From assembly GCA_041675585.1 (NCBI GenBank), contig JBAYTO010000003.1:21396-85395 (forward strand): 64,000 nt of DNA, in the 5' to 3' direction. Source of the DNA: Desulfurivibrionaceae bacterium. Lineage in GTDB: Bacteria; Desulfobacterota; Desulfobulbia; Desulfobulbales; Desulfurivibrionaceae. Within the stretch, counting starts at the first letter, position 1. Every line of letters begins with the position of its first letter. Shown piece by piece: positions 20,125 through 28,630 of this stretch. Under the pieces are notes generated by a model. That model did not search any database, was not told the origin of the DNA, and saw only the letters and a list, made by a program, of their open reading frames with translations. A program made the translations under genes and the position numbers.

Positions 20125-21503
20125 TGCGAACCTTTTCCTTAAACACCCTGATCCTTGCGACCCTGTTTCTTTTGGGACAGATGATCCTTCCGCCTTCCGG
20201 CCTCACCGCCGCCCAGGTAGAACCGGAAAACGAGCTCCCCTTGCTGGATGTGCTGAAAAATTTCCCCGCCTCCATCCGCACGGAAAATCTGCAGGTCTCC
20301 ACCCTGCTCAGGGGCATTGGCCGTCAGGCGGGGATCAACATCCTGGTGGCGGAAAACATCACCGAAACCATCAACTTTGATGTGGAAAACCTGAATCTTT
20401 ACGAAGCCTTCATGGCCATCCTCGATGCCAAGCAGCTGCGCTGCTACCAGAAGAACAATGTCATCATCGTGGAAAAAAAGGCCGCCCAGGGAGAGACGCG
20501 CGATTTTGTCAGTGAACGGTTCTGTACCAAATTCGGCAACGCCACCGCCTATGTAGATCAACTCAAACCACTTTTGGGCCAGAATGGCTCGATTACCGTG
20601 ACCAACCGCGGTAACTGCCTGGTCATTCAGGACCGGGCCGGCAATATCCCACGGCTGCGGGATCTGCTGGGCGAGCTTGACCAGCCGATCCCCCAGGTCC
20701 ACATCGAGGCCCGCATCGTCTCCATCTCCAATGCGGCGAAAAAACAACTGGGCATTATCTGGGGAGATGTGAAATACACCCGTGACAATCTGCCCGACAA
20801 AACAACCAGCCTTGGCGCCGGCATAAACCTTCCGGCCAAAGACCCTTCCACCACCCTGGCCTTTGGCTTCATCCGCGAAAATTTCAACCTGAACGTGGAA
20901 CTGCAGGCCATGCAGTCGGATAATCTGCTGGAAATCCTCTCTTCCCCCAGCGTGCTGGTGCTGGACGGCATGCCAGCCGAAATAAAACAGGGCAAGGAGG
21001 TCCCCTATGTGACCGGGGGGACAAGCCTTACCCCCAGCAACACCTCTTTCCGTGAGGCCAATCTCGGCCTTAAAGTCAAACCCACGGTGCTGCGGGACGG
21101 CTACATCATCCTGGATGTCAATGTAACCAACGACAGTGTTGACGAACAAAGCTCACAAAATTCAAGCGGCATGCTGATCAACAAGCAGGCGATCAATACC
21201 AACCTTTTCCTCGAAGACAACGTCACCGTGGTTATCGGCGGCATTGTCCAGAAGAACAAGCAGTATTCCAACGGCAAGGTTCCCGGTCTGGGCGACATTC
21301 CCCTGCTTGGCAACCTGTTCAAGAACACCAGCAAGTCGGATGAGCAGACCGAGCTGATGGTTTTCATCACCCCCCGCATCGTCAACATGGTGGCACCTAA
21401 AAGAACAAACGAGGCCGCCGGCGTGACAGGGAGAGAAAAAATCACCCCTCCGGCCACGCTTTCGCAAAAAAAACCGGACACCCAGGCAGGATCACAGCCG
21501 TAA
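20121..21503 (+). CDS. Type IV pilus secretin (PilQ/MshL family)
   Basis: QVHIEARIV, SSPSVLVLDG, TVVIGG, KVPGLGDIPLLGNLFK and ELMVFITPRI motifs. Confidence 0.93.
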   Translation: MMRTFSLNTLILATLFLLGQMILPPSGLTAAQVEPENELPLLDVLKNFPASIRTENLQVSTLLRGIGRQAGINILVAENITETINFDVENLNLYEAFMAILDAKQLRCYQKNNVIIVEKKAAQGETRDFVSERFCTKFGNATAYVDQLKPLLGQNGSITVTNRGNCLVIQDRAGNIPRLRDLLGELDQPIPQVHIEARIVSISNAAKKQLGIIWGDVKYTRDNLPDKTTSLGAGINLPAKDPSTTLAFGFIRENFNLNVELQAMQSDNLLEILSSPSVLVLDGMPAEIKQGKEVPYVTGGTSLTPSNTSFREANLGLKVKPTVLRDGYIILDVNVTNDSVDEQSSQNSSGMLINKQAINTNLFLEDNVTVVIGGIVQKNKQYSNGKVPGLGDIPLLGNLFKNTSKSDEQTELMVFITPRIVNMVAPKRTNEAAGVTGREKITPPATLSQKKPDTQAGSQP

Positions 21504-22534
21504 TGAATCATCTTGATTTTTTCGGCCTGCGGGAAGACCCTTTCCGCCTCACGCCGGACCGCAATTTCTACTTCCCCACCCGAGGCCACACCGCCTTGGG
21601 CGAAGTTATTCGTTACGGGCTCGAAGAGGGTGAGGGGTTCATCATCATCACCGGCGAGGTGGGCTGCGGCAAAACCCTCCTGCTACGCCTGATGATGGAT
21701 CAGATTGACGACAACCGTTTTGAAACCGCCCTGATCCTTTCCCCGCACCTCTCCCCACGTGAACTGCTGTTCGCCATTCTGCATGATCTGGGGCTGCCCG
21801 CGGCAAAACACAGCAAGGCTAGCCTGTACACCCTGCTCCGGCTTCTGAACGACCACCTCTCCACCCTGGCCCAACAGGGGAAAAAACTGCTCATCGTCAT
21901 TGACGAGGCTCAGAATCTTCCGGATAAAAGCCTGGAACAGCTCCGGCTGCTCTCAAATTTTGAGACCGACACCCAGAAACTTCTGCAAATCGTGCTTTTC
22001 GGTCAGCCGGAGCTGCGCACCAAACTGGCCCAGGCCAGTCTGCGCCAGTTTGTCCAGCGGGTGAGCATCATGGAAAATCTCACCCCTCTGACCAAGGGAG
22101 AAATGTCCGGTTATATCCGGCATCGCCTCAAGAAAAGCGGGGGCAACGAAATACCCTTCAGTATTTTCGGCGCCCATCTCCTCTGGCGCCACACCAGGGG
22201 CTACCCAAGACTGATCAACAAAGTCATGAGCCGGGCGCTCATGGTGGCCTGCGCCGCAGGGAAAACCACCCTTTCCGGCAGGATTATCCGGGAAGCGGCC
22301 GCCTCGTTCAACACCCCGGAAAGGTTCATCCTACCGGGAGGAATTAAGTTTCGCCGCTCCGCCGTCCTGATTATGGTCCTGCTCTTGCTCCTGGCCGCGG
22401 CCGGTATCCCCGACTGGCTTAAAAGCCGCGACGTGACGAGAATAACCGCGGCCGGCACCACCCCGGCCGGCGCAGCAACAACAAGCCCGGAGCGTACCGC
22501 AACCGCCGGCTTCACCTTGAAAAATCAACCATAA
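21503..22534 (+). CDS. ExeA/MshM-family AAA ATPase
   Basis: FFGLREDPF, GEVGCGKT, IDEAQNL, LQIVLFGQPEL; C-terminal TM helix. Confidence 0.9.
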   Translation: MNHLDFFGLREDPFRLTPDRNFYFPTRGHTALGEVIRYGLEEGEGFIIITGEVGCGKTLLLRLMMDQIDDNRFETALILSPHLSPRELLFAILHDLGLPAAKHSKASLYTLLRLLNDHLSTLAQQGKKLLIVIDEAQNLPDKSLEQLRLLSNFETDTQKLLQIVLFGQPELRTKLAQASLRQFVQRVSIMENLTPLTKGEMSGYIRHRLKKSGGNEIPFSIFGAHLLWRHTRGYPRLINKVMSRALMVACAAGKTTLSGRIIREAAASFNTPERFILPGGIKFRRSAVLIMVLLLLLAAAGIPDWLKSRDVTRITAAGTTPAGAATTSPERTATAGFTLKNQP

Positions 22535-22541
22535 CGACCTG

Positions 22542-24191
22542 ATGAGTACTCAACTCCCAAGAAAGAGATTTGGCGACATCCTGGTGGAAAGCGGCCTGAT
22601 CACCGCCACCCAGCTGCAACAGGCCCTTGCTTATGGTTCCGAGCGAGATATGAAGCTTGGCGAGGCACTGCGCGAATTGGGCTTTGTCACCGATATCGCC
22701 GTGGCCAACACCATCGCCACCCAGTTGAAGATCCCCTTTATCGATTTCAGCCGGATCGTGGTTGATCCGGAGGTGGCCCGAATAATTCCGGAAGCCATCG
22801 CCAGAAAGCACAAGGCCCTCGCCCTGGGCAGGCGCCCCGGCGAGGTGCTGGTAGCCTTTGCCGACCCCCTCAACATCTTCGCCGTTGACGAGGTAGGCCG
22901 CTATATCAAAGAAAAAACGATAATCTGCGTTGGCATCGAATCGGAGATTGTCAGCGCCGTTGCCCGCCTGTACACCTCGACCACCAGCGCCAAAGGCCAG
23001 ACGCAACGGACGGAAGAATCCGGGGAGGAGTCAGCCACCGTCACTGCGGTCAACGATATCCTGCTTAAAGCTGCCAGACAGGGGGCCAGCGATATCCACC
23101 TCGAACCTGACCACGATGGGGTCAGGGTCCGCATTCGGGTTGACGGCATTCTCCGGGAAATAGCCAAATTCCCCCTGGAAATGCACCCCAACCTGATCTC
23201 CCGTCTTAAAATCATGGCGCATCTCGACATCGGCGAGCGGCGCAAGCCCCAGGACGGCCGCTTTGAACTGCCCATCGCCGGCAAGGAATTCGATGTGCGC
23301 GTCTCCATCCTTCCCCTGAACGCCGGGGAAAAGGTGGTGATGCGGTTGCTGGACAAAAGCAGAGTCAGCTTCAGCCTGAAGGATCTTGGTTTTGAAGCTT
23401 ACCAGCGGTCAACTTTCATGGGCCATCTTGCCAGGCCCCACGAGATCATTCTGGTAACCGGCCCCACCGGCAGCGGCAAAACCACCACCCTTTACGGCGC
23501 TCTTAACCACCTCAACTCGGTGGACAAAAACATCATCACCGTAGAAGATCCGGTGGAATACGATCTGCTCGGTATCAACCAGGTACAGGTAAACCCCAAG
23601 GCCGAACTGACCTTTGCCAGCGCCCTGCGCTCCATTCTCCGCCAGGACCCGGACATCATCATGATCGGGGAAATCCGGGACACGGAAACCGCCGAAATCG
23701 CCATCCAGGCAGCGCTCACCGGCCACCTGGTACTTTCCACCCTGCACACCAACGACTCGGCCGGGGCGATCACCAGACTCATCGACATGGGCATTCAACC
23801 ATTCCTTATTGCCTCGGCTGTGGGGTTGGTGGTGGCCCAGCGCCTGCTGCGCATGCTTTGTCCGAATTGCAAGGCTACTTTTACCCCGCCGGAAGAGCTC
23901 CAGGAAGCCCTGGACCTGCCCTATGACCCCAACCGTATTTTTTACAAACCGGTGGGCTGCGATAAATGCGAGGGCTCCGGCTTCAAGGGCCGGGTAGCCA
24001 TTTACGAAACCATGGAGATTTCCAAGGCCATCGAAGAGCTGATTATCAAGCGGGCTTCCAGTCATGACATCTTCCGCCAAGCCCAGGCCGAGGATCTTGT
24101 CTCCCTGCGCCAGGCCAGCATCGCCAAGGTAATCAGCGGCCAAACCTCGGTGGATGAGGCCTTCCGGGTAACCATGGAACTGAAGGAGTAG
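22542..24191 (+). CDS. Pilus extension ATPase (MshE/PilB/GspE family) with MshEN-like N-terminus
   Basis: GPTGSGKT, LRQDPDIIMIGEIRD, AALTGHLVLSTLHTN, CxxC...CxxC zinc site. Confidence 0.93.
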   Translation: MSTQLPRKRFGDILVESGLITATQLQQALAYGSERDMKLGEALRELGFVTDIAVANTIATQLKIPFIDFSRIVVDPEVARIIPEAIARKHKALALGRRPGEVLVAFADPLNIFAVDEVGRYIKEKTIICVGIESEIVSAVARLYTSTTSAKGQTQRTEESGEESATVTAVNDILLKAARQGASDIHLEPDHDGVRVRIRVDGILREIAKFPLEMHPNLISRLKIMAHLDIGERRKPQDGRFELPIAGKEFDVRVSILPLNAGEKVVMRLLDKSRVSFSLKDLGFEAYQRSTFMGHLARPHEIILVTGPTGSGKTTTLYGALNHLNSVDKNIITVEDPVEYDLLGINQVQVNPKAELTFASALRSILRQDPDIIMIGEIRDTETAEIAIQAALTGHLVLSTLHTNDSAGAITRLIDMGIQPFLIASAVGLVVAQRLLRMLCPNCKATFTPPEELQEALDLPYDPNRIFYKPVGCDKCEGSGFKGRVAIYETMEISKAIEELIIKRASSHDIFRQAQAEDLVSLRQASIAKVISGQTSVDEAFRVTMELKE

Positions 24192-24194
24192 CCG

Positions 24195-25439
24195 GTGCCG
24201 CTTTTTCGTTATGAAGCCATCAACTCCGCGGGCCGGGTGATTTCCGGGGCCCATCAAGCCGAGGTCATGCAGGAGGTGGAGGACTGGCTGCAGAAAAACA
24301 GCTTAAGCCCGATCAACATCCAGGTTATTTCCGAGCAACTTGCCCAGGCCGCCGGTACAGGCGAAATATCTGCCACCCTGCGCGAGCGGCTGTTCGGGGT
24401 AACCCTTGACGACAAGATCCTTTTCACCCGGCAACTGGCAACCCTGCTCTCCGCCGGAGTAAGCATTATCGAAGCCTTTGCCATTCTAGCCCTCCAGGTG
24501 AGCAACCCCATTCTCCGGGATATTTTGGTTGCGATGAATGCCGAGGTGGAAGGCGGCGCGAGCCTCAGCGAAGCGATAAGTCGGCATCCCAAGGTTTTCA
24601 ATCAGCTTTTTTTCAACATCGTCAAGGTTGGCGAGGAAACCGGCTCCCTGGACCGGGCCTTTGCCTACCTGACCTCGCTCTTTGAAAACGAAAAGGCCAT
24701 CAGGGAAAAGGTCAAATCCGCCACCCGCTATCCCAAGCTGGTGATCATCGCCCTGGCTGGCGCGGTCTTCTTCCTGATGAGCTTTGTAGTGCCCAAGTTC
24801 GCCAAGCTTTTCAGCTCGGCCAAGGTCGAGCTGCCTTTCGCCACTCGGGCGCTCATGGCGATAAGCGGCTTTTTCGCCGAGCATACCCTGGGGATCGTTG
24901 TCGCGGTCATCTTGCTGATCATGGCCTACCGGCTGGCCTTGAGCTCCCCGGGATTCGTCTATTTCCGCGACCGGCTGCTGCTCAGGATGCCGATTTTCGG
25001 CCCCCTTTCCACCAGGATTTTCATGGCCAGGTTCTGCCGGGTATTTTCCGTCTTGAACCGCAGCGGCATAGACATCATCAAAACCTTGCGCCTCTCGGCC
25101 AACGCTCTGGAAAATATGGTGCTGTTCACCATGATCACCGAGATTATCGCCGAGGTGGAAGAAGGGGTGAGCCTGCACGAAGCCATGGCCAGACACAAGG
25201 CCATCCCGCCCATGGTTCCCCAGATGCTCGCGGTGGGCGAACAATCCGGCCGGCTGGATGAAATGATGGAAAAGGTGGCCGACTACTACGATCTGGAAAG
25301 CGACTACATCATCAAAAACCTCGCCACCCTGATCGAGCCGATTCTTTTGCTGTTCATGGGCATCATGGTGGGCCTGATGGCCCTGGCCATTTTCACCCCC
25401 ATGTGGGATATGATGAACGTGATGCGCGGGCCTCGCTGA
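24195..25439 (+). CDS. Pilus platform protein (MshG/PilC/GspF family)
   Basis: FTRQLATLLSAG, GEETGSL, ATRYP, GEQSGRL, LIEP motifs. Confidence 0.93.
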   Translation: MPLFRYEAINSAGRVISGAHQAEVMQEVEDWLQKNSLSPINIQVISEQLAQAAGTGEISATLRERLFGVTLDDKILFTRQLATLLSAGVSIIEAFAILALQVSNPILRDILVAMNAEVEGGASLSEAISRHPKVFNQLFFNIVKVGEETGSLDRAFAYLTSLFENEKAIREKVKSATRYPKLVIIALAGAVFFLMSFVVPKFAKLFSSAKVELPFATRALMAISGFFAEHTLGIVVAVILLIMAYRLALSSPGFVYFRDRLLLRMPIFGPLSTRIFMARFCRVFSVLNRSGIDIIKTLRLSANALENMVLFTMITEIIAEVEEGVSLHEAMARHKAIPPMVPQMLAVGEQSGRLDEMMEKVADYYDLESDYIIKNLATLIEPILLLFMGIMVGLMALAIFTPMWDMMNVMRGPR

Positions 25440-25551
25440 GCCTGATGCGCACAAAGGATAAAAAGATAAACGCAGGGAAAATTGTTTGACTGTTCACCGA
25501 CAAAGGTAGTAAGAATAACTGCATAATCATTTTACCAAAAGGAGATGAGAG

Positions 25552-26022
25552 ATGAAAGTGATGGGCAATGAAAAAGGCTTTACCTTGATTGAGCTGATCG
25601 TGGTTATCGTTATATTGGGTATCCTGTCTGCGGTGGCAATTCCCAAGTATGCTGATTTTAAAACTGATGCACAAAAAGCTGCGGCAAACGGGGTGCTTGG
25701 CGGCGCACAGGGAGCTTCTGCCATGAACTTTGCCGCAATCATCATGGGTAAAGCAGGCTTTACCGCGATCACCAATGCGACAACCCTTGTGGGCGCTTTG
25801 GATGGAGGGTTGCCCAGCGGCTGGGCGTTACAAGATACCGGCGCTACATGCTTGGCAGCAAAGGGGGTGGCAGGAGCAGCCGTAACTACTTCGGTTGGCT
25901 GTCTATACCTTGACGTTGATGGAACGGCCGGCCTTTCAGCCACGGATTATATCGTCAACATTAATACTGCGGAAAGCGCTACCGCGAAAGCGGTATTGTC
26001 AAAATTTGGTGCAGCCTACTAA
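25552..26022 (+). CDS. Probable major type IV pilin (MshA-like)
   Basis: KG|FTLIELIVVIVILGILSAVAIPKY; strong AAGGAG RBS; last gene before a terminator. Confidence 0.85.
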   Translation: MKVMGNEKGFTLIELIVVIVILGILSAVAIPKYADFKTDAQKAAANGVLGGAQGASAMNFAAIIMGKAGFTAITNATTLVGALDGGLPSGWALQDTGATCLAAKGVAGAAVTTSVGCLYLDVDGTAGLSATDYIVNINTAESATAKAVLSKFGAAY

Positions 26023-26049
26023 TAGAATTGTCAGGGGAATATCCTCTCG

Positions 26050-26089
26050 CCCCGTGCGCTTCTTTGCTGAGCGCACGGGGTATTTTTTT
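26050..26089 (+). terminator. Rho-independent terminator
   Basis: 11-bp perfect stem CCCCGTGCGCT / AGCGCACGGGG followed by TATTTTTTT. Confidence 0.88.
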
Positions 26090-26149
26090 ATTTAAAAATA
26101 ACCCAAGAAAGAGAACATGGTGAGATCCCCCTCTGGTTTCATTCACCAC

Positions 26150-26207
26150 TAAAGCTGAGTTGCGCAGCTTCCCTGCTCAAACGAAACTTATGCCCCCTTG
26201 GGTATAA
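26150..26207 (+). repeat. 56-58 bp two-hairpin dispersed repeat, copy A
   Basis: TAAAGCTGAGTTGCGCAGCTTCCCTGCTCAAACGAAACTTATGCCCCCTTGGGTATAA; related copies at 31165-31220 and 59313-59368. Confidence 0.88.
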
Positions 26208-26209
26208 GA

Positions 26210-26467
26210 AGCCGTCCTCTCTCCGCTTCCGACACTATCAAATTCGTCCGGGACAGCTATCTGTACCCGCCATGAAACCCAATCTTCGAACTTGTCGGAC
26301 AGAGTAATTCTCCAACCGAGTCACCAGACCAACGGCTTTCCAACCTTGGCAATGATGAAGGAATCACCCTTTACCCTCTGTTCCATCAACCGCGACAGAT
26401 CTGCTTTGGCTTCTATATATTGATCCGCAGGGAAACCCCGGAAGACAGCCCGGGCGACAGTCATCAT
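26210..26467 (-). pseudogene. Degraded Phd/YefM-type antitoxin
   Basis: Minus-strand fragments EAKADLSRLMEQRVKGDSFIIAKVGKPLV, then after a stop and frameshifts RRLGFMAG and IAVPDEFDSVGSGE. Confidence 0.7.
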
Positions 26468-26521
26468 TTTTTACTAAAAACCGCCTTTGATAAATTGACT
26501 TTCCCGAGGTTTCCTTATACT

Positions 26522-26537
26522 TTTAGACATTCCTAAA
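26522..26537. promoter_or_regulatory. Candidate DtxR/MntR-family operator
   Basis: Palindrome TTTAG-ACATTC-CTAAA just downstream of TTGACT...TATACT promoter-like hexamers and upstream of the DtxR-family gene. Confidence 0.4.
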
Positions 26538-26589
26538 CATATTTATCTCTGGAACAGGCGACCGATACCCTCTGGGAGTAGACATCCTT

Positions 26590-27099
26590 ATGCCAAGCAA
26601 TCAGCCCATGCCCATCCCAAAAAGGCTCAGCGCCAGCCTGGAAGACTATCTGGAAACCATCTTCCACATCATCGCCGAAAAACAAGTGGCCAGAGCCAAG
26701 GAGATCGCCAGCACCCTCAAGGTCAGCCGCTCCTCGGTGACCGAGGCCTTCCGCTCCCTGGCCCAGAAAGGGCTGATCAACTATGCCCCCTATGAGGTCA
26801 TCACCCTCACCCCCGCCGGGCGGGAAATGGCCAAGGATGTCATCCTCCGTCATCGGGCGCTAAAGGATTTCTTTATCAAGGTTCTCGCGGTCGAGGAAAA
26901 AATTGCGGAAGAAGGGGCCTGCAAGATTGAACATGCGGCGCCTAGGGAGATCATCGACCGGCTGACCCAGTTTGTCAGTTTTCTCGAACAATGTCCTCGG
27001 GGCGGCAGCGATCTGATCACCGGCTTCACCAAGTACTGCCAGACTGGGAAAACCGACAAGAAGTGCAAGGATTTTATTTCCCACTGCCTGGAGAAGTAG
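26590..27099 (+). CDS. DtxR/MntR family metal-dependent transcriptional regulator
   Basis: LSASLEDYLETI, HTH, SVTEA, LTPAG, RH..L..F, ACKIEH metal-site motif. Confidence 0.92.
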   Translation: MPSNQPMPIPKRLSASLEDYLETIFHIIAEKQVARAKEIASTLKVSRSSVTEAFRSLAQKGLINYAPYEVITLTPAGREMAKDVILRHRALKDFFIKVLAVEEKIAEEGACKIEHAAPREIIDRLTQFVSFLEQCPRGGSDLITGFTKYCQTGKTDKKCKDFISHCLEK

Positions 27100-27151
27100 C
27101 AATAGGCAGGCGGGGTTACAATGATAAACCATTTGGGAGACACACAGGCAC

Positions 27152-27346
27152 ATGGACGGCACATATACTGAAGGCTGGTTTACCCACCCCAACCAGGGAC
27201 TGATCAAGATTTTTCGCAATGAAACGGGTTGGTATTACCGGTGCTACACAAAAAACGGCCAGAAGGCGCTCTCCAAGGAGCGCCCTCTGGACAACTGGAC
27301 CTGGGCCTTGAGCGAGGCGGCCAGCCAGGATTTCGCCCCAGGCTGA
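27152..27346 (+). CDS. Small hypothetical protein (64 aa, aromatic-rich)
   Basis: Fills the gap between the regulator and the convergent aminotransferase; protein-like composition. Confidence 0.6.
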   Translation: MDGTYTEGWFTHPNQGLIKIFRNETGWYYRCYTKNGQKALSKERPLDNWTWALSEAASQDFAPG

Positions 27347-27355
27347 ACCGCTTGC

Positions 27356-28564
27356 CTAAGAAAGTTTCCCCAGGGCCTCGGCCAGCCTCCTCATGCCCTC
27401 TTCGATGGTCCCCATCCCGGTGGCAAAGGAGAAACGGATAAAGGCATCCGCCCCGAAAGCCGCCCCCGGCACCGTGGCCAGCAAGGCCTCGTCCAGCAGA
27501 TAATCCGCCAGATCAAGCGAGTTCGCCATCACCTTCCCCTTGAAACTCCGGCCATAATAGGCGGAAACATTGGGGAACACGTAGAAAGCGCCTTTGGGCC
27601 GCACGCAGGTAACGCCGGGGATCTTGCCCAGGGCGGTCATGATGAAATCAAGGCGCGGGACAAAGGCGTCCCGCATCATGGTCGGGAAATCCTGGGGCCC
27701 GCTTACTGCGGCCAGCGCCGCCTTCTGGGAGATGGAACAGGGGTTGGAGGTACTCTGGCTCTGGATCTTGTTCATGGCCGCGATGATCCGCTTGGGCCCG
27801 GCCGTATAGCCGATGCGCCAGCCGGTCATGGCAAAGGACTTGGAAACGCCGTTCAGCACCAGGGTCTGCTCGGCGAGCCGCTTGTCCACATTGAGGATAT
27901 GGGGCAACTTTTCCCCACCGTAAACGATGGTGTCATAGATATCGTCGGAGATGATCAGCCATTTATTGGCCAGGGCCATCTTGGCCACCGCCTCAAGCGC
28001 CTGGGCGGAAAACACGGCGCCCGTCGGGTTGGAGGGGCTGTTGAGGATGATGGCCTTGGTCTTCGGCGTGGCGTAGCGGGTGAGCAGTTCCTCGCTCAGG
28101 TCAAAGCCGTTGACCTCGGAGAGCGGCACCTCCACCGGGGTTCCGCCTGCCAGCAAAACGATGGGCGGATAGGAAACCCAGTACGGGGTCGGGATCAGCA
28201 CCTCGTCGCCGGGGCCGAACAAGGCCTGGGCCATGTTGTAGAGCCCGTGCTTGCCGCCGCAGCAGACCTGGATCTGATCTGGCTCATAGCTCCAGCCCTT
28301 GTCCTTGGCCAGCCGGTTGGCGATGGCCTCCCGCAGCTCCGGAATCCCAGGCACGGCGGTGTAGCGGGTAAAGCCCTCGTCGATTGCTCTTTTCCCGGCC
28401 TCACACACATGGGGGGGGGTGTCGAAATCAGGCTCGCCCACACTGAAATTGAGGATATCGGCGCCCGCCGCTTTGAGGGCCTTGGCCTTGGCGTTCACTG
28501 CCAGGGTTGGCGAAGGCTTGATCTGCTTGACTCGTTGCGCAAGAGCAATAATTTCCGCTTCCAT
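27356..28564 (-). CDS. PLP-dependent aminotransferase class I/II (aspartate aminotransferase-like)
   Basis: GEPDF, NSPSNPTG, SDDIY, GVSKSFAMTGWRIG (PLP lysine). Confidence 0.93.
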   Translation of the reverse strand: MEAEIIALAQRVKQIKPSPTLAVNAKAKALKAAGADILNFSVGEPDFDTPPHVCEAGKRAIDEGFTRYTAVPGIPELREAIANRLAKDKGWSYEPDQIQVCCGGKHGLYNMAQALFGPGDEVLIPTPYWVSYPPIVLLAGGTPVEVPLSEVNGFDLSEELLTRYATPKTKAIILNSPSNPTGAVFSAQALEAVAKMALANKWLIISDDIYDTIVYGGEKLPHILNVDKRLAEQTLVLNGVSKSFAMTGWRIGYTAGPKRIIAAMNKIQSQSTSNPCSISQKAALAAVSGPQDFPTMMRDAFVPRLDFIMTALGKIPGVTCVRPKGAFYVFPNVSAYYGRSFKGKVMANSLDLADYLLDEALLATVPGAAFGADAFIRFSFATGMGTIEEGMRRLAEALGKLS

Positions 28565-28630
28565 TATCCTTCCTTGTAATGGCGTTTGCTTTAAAAGCTC
28601 CGACAGTCATCCCCACGAAGCCGACAAAAA

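Noticed and set aside
25552-26022. Major pilin as an electrically conductive e-pilin
   Set aside because: Aromatics at mature positions 1, 24, 27 and 51, but only 10 of 147 residues (about 7%), with long aromatic-free gaps; below the roughly 9% proposed for conductive long pilins.
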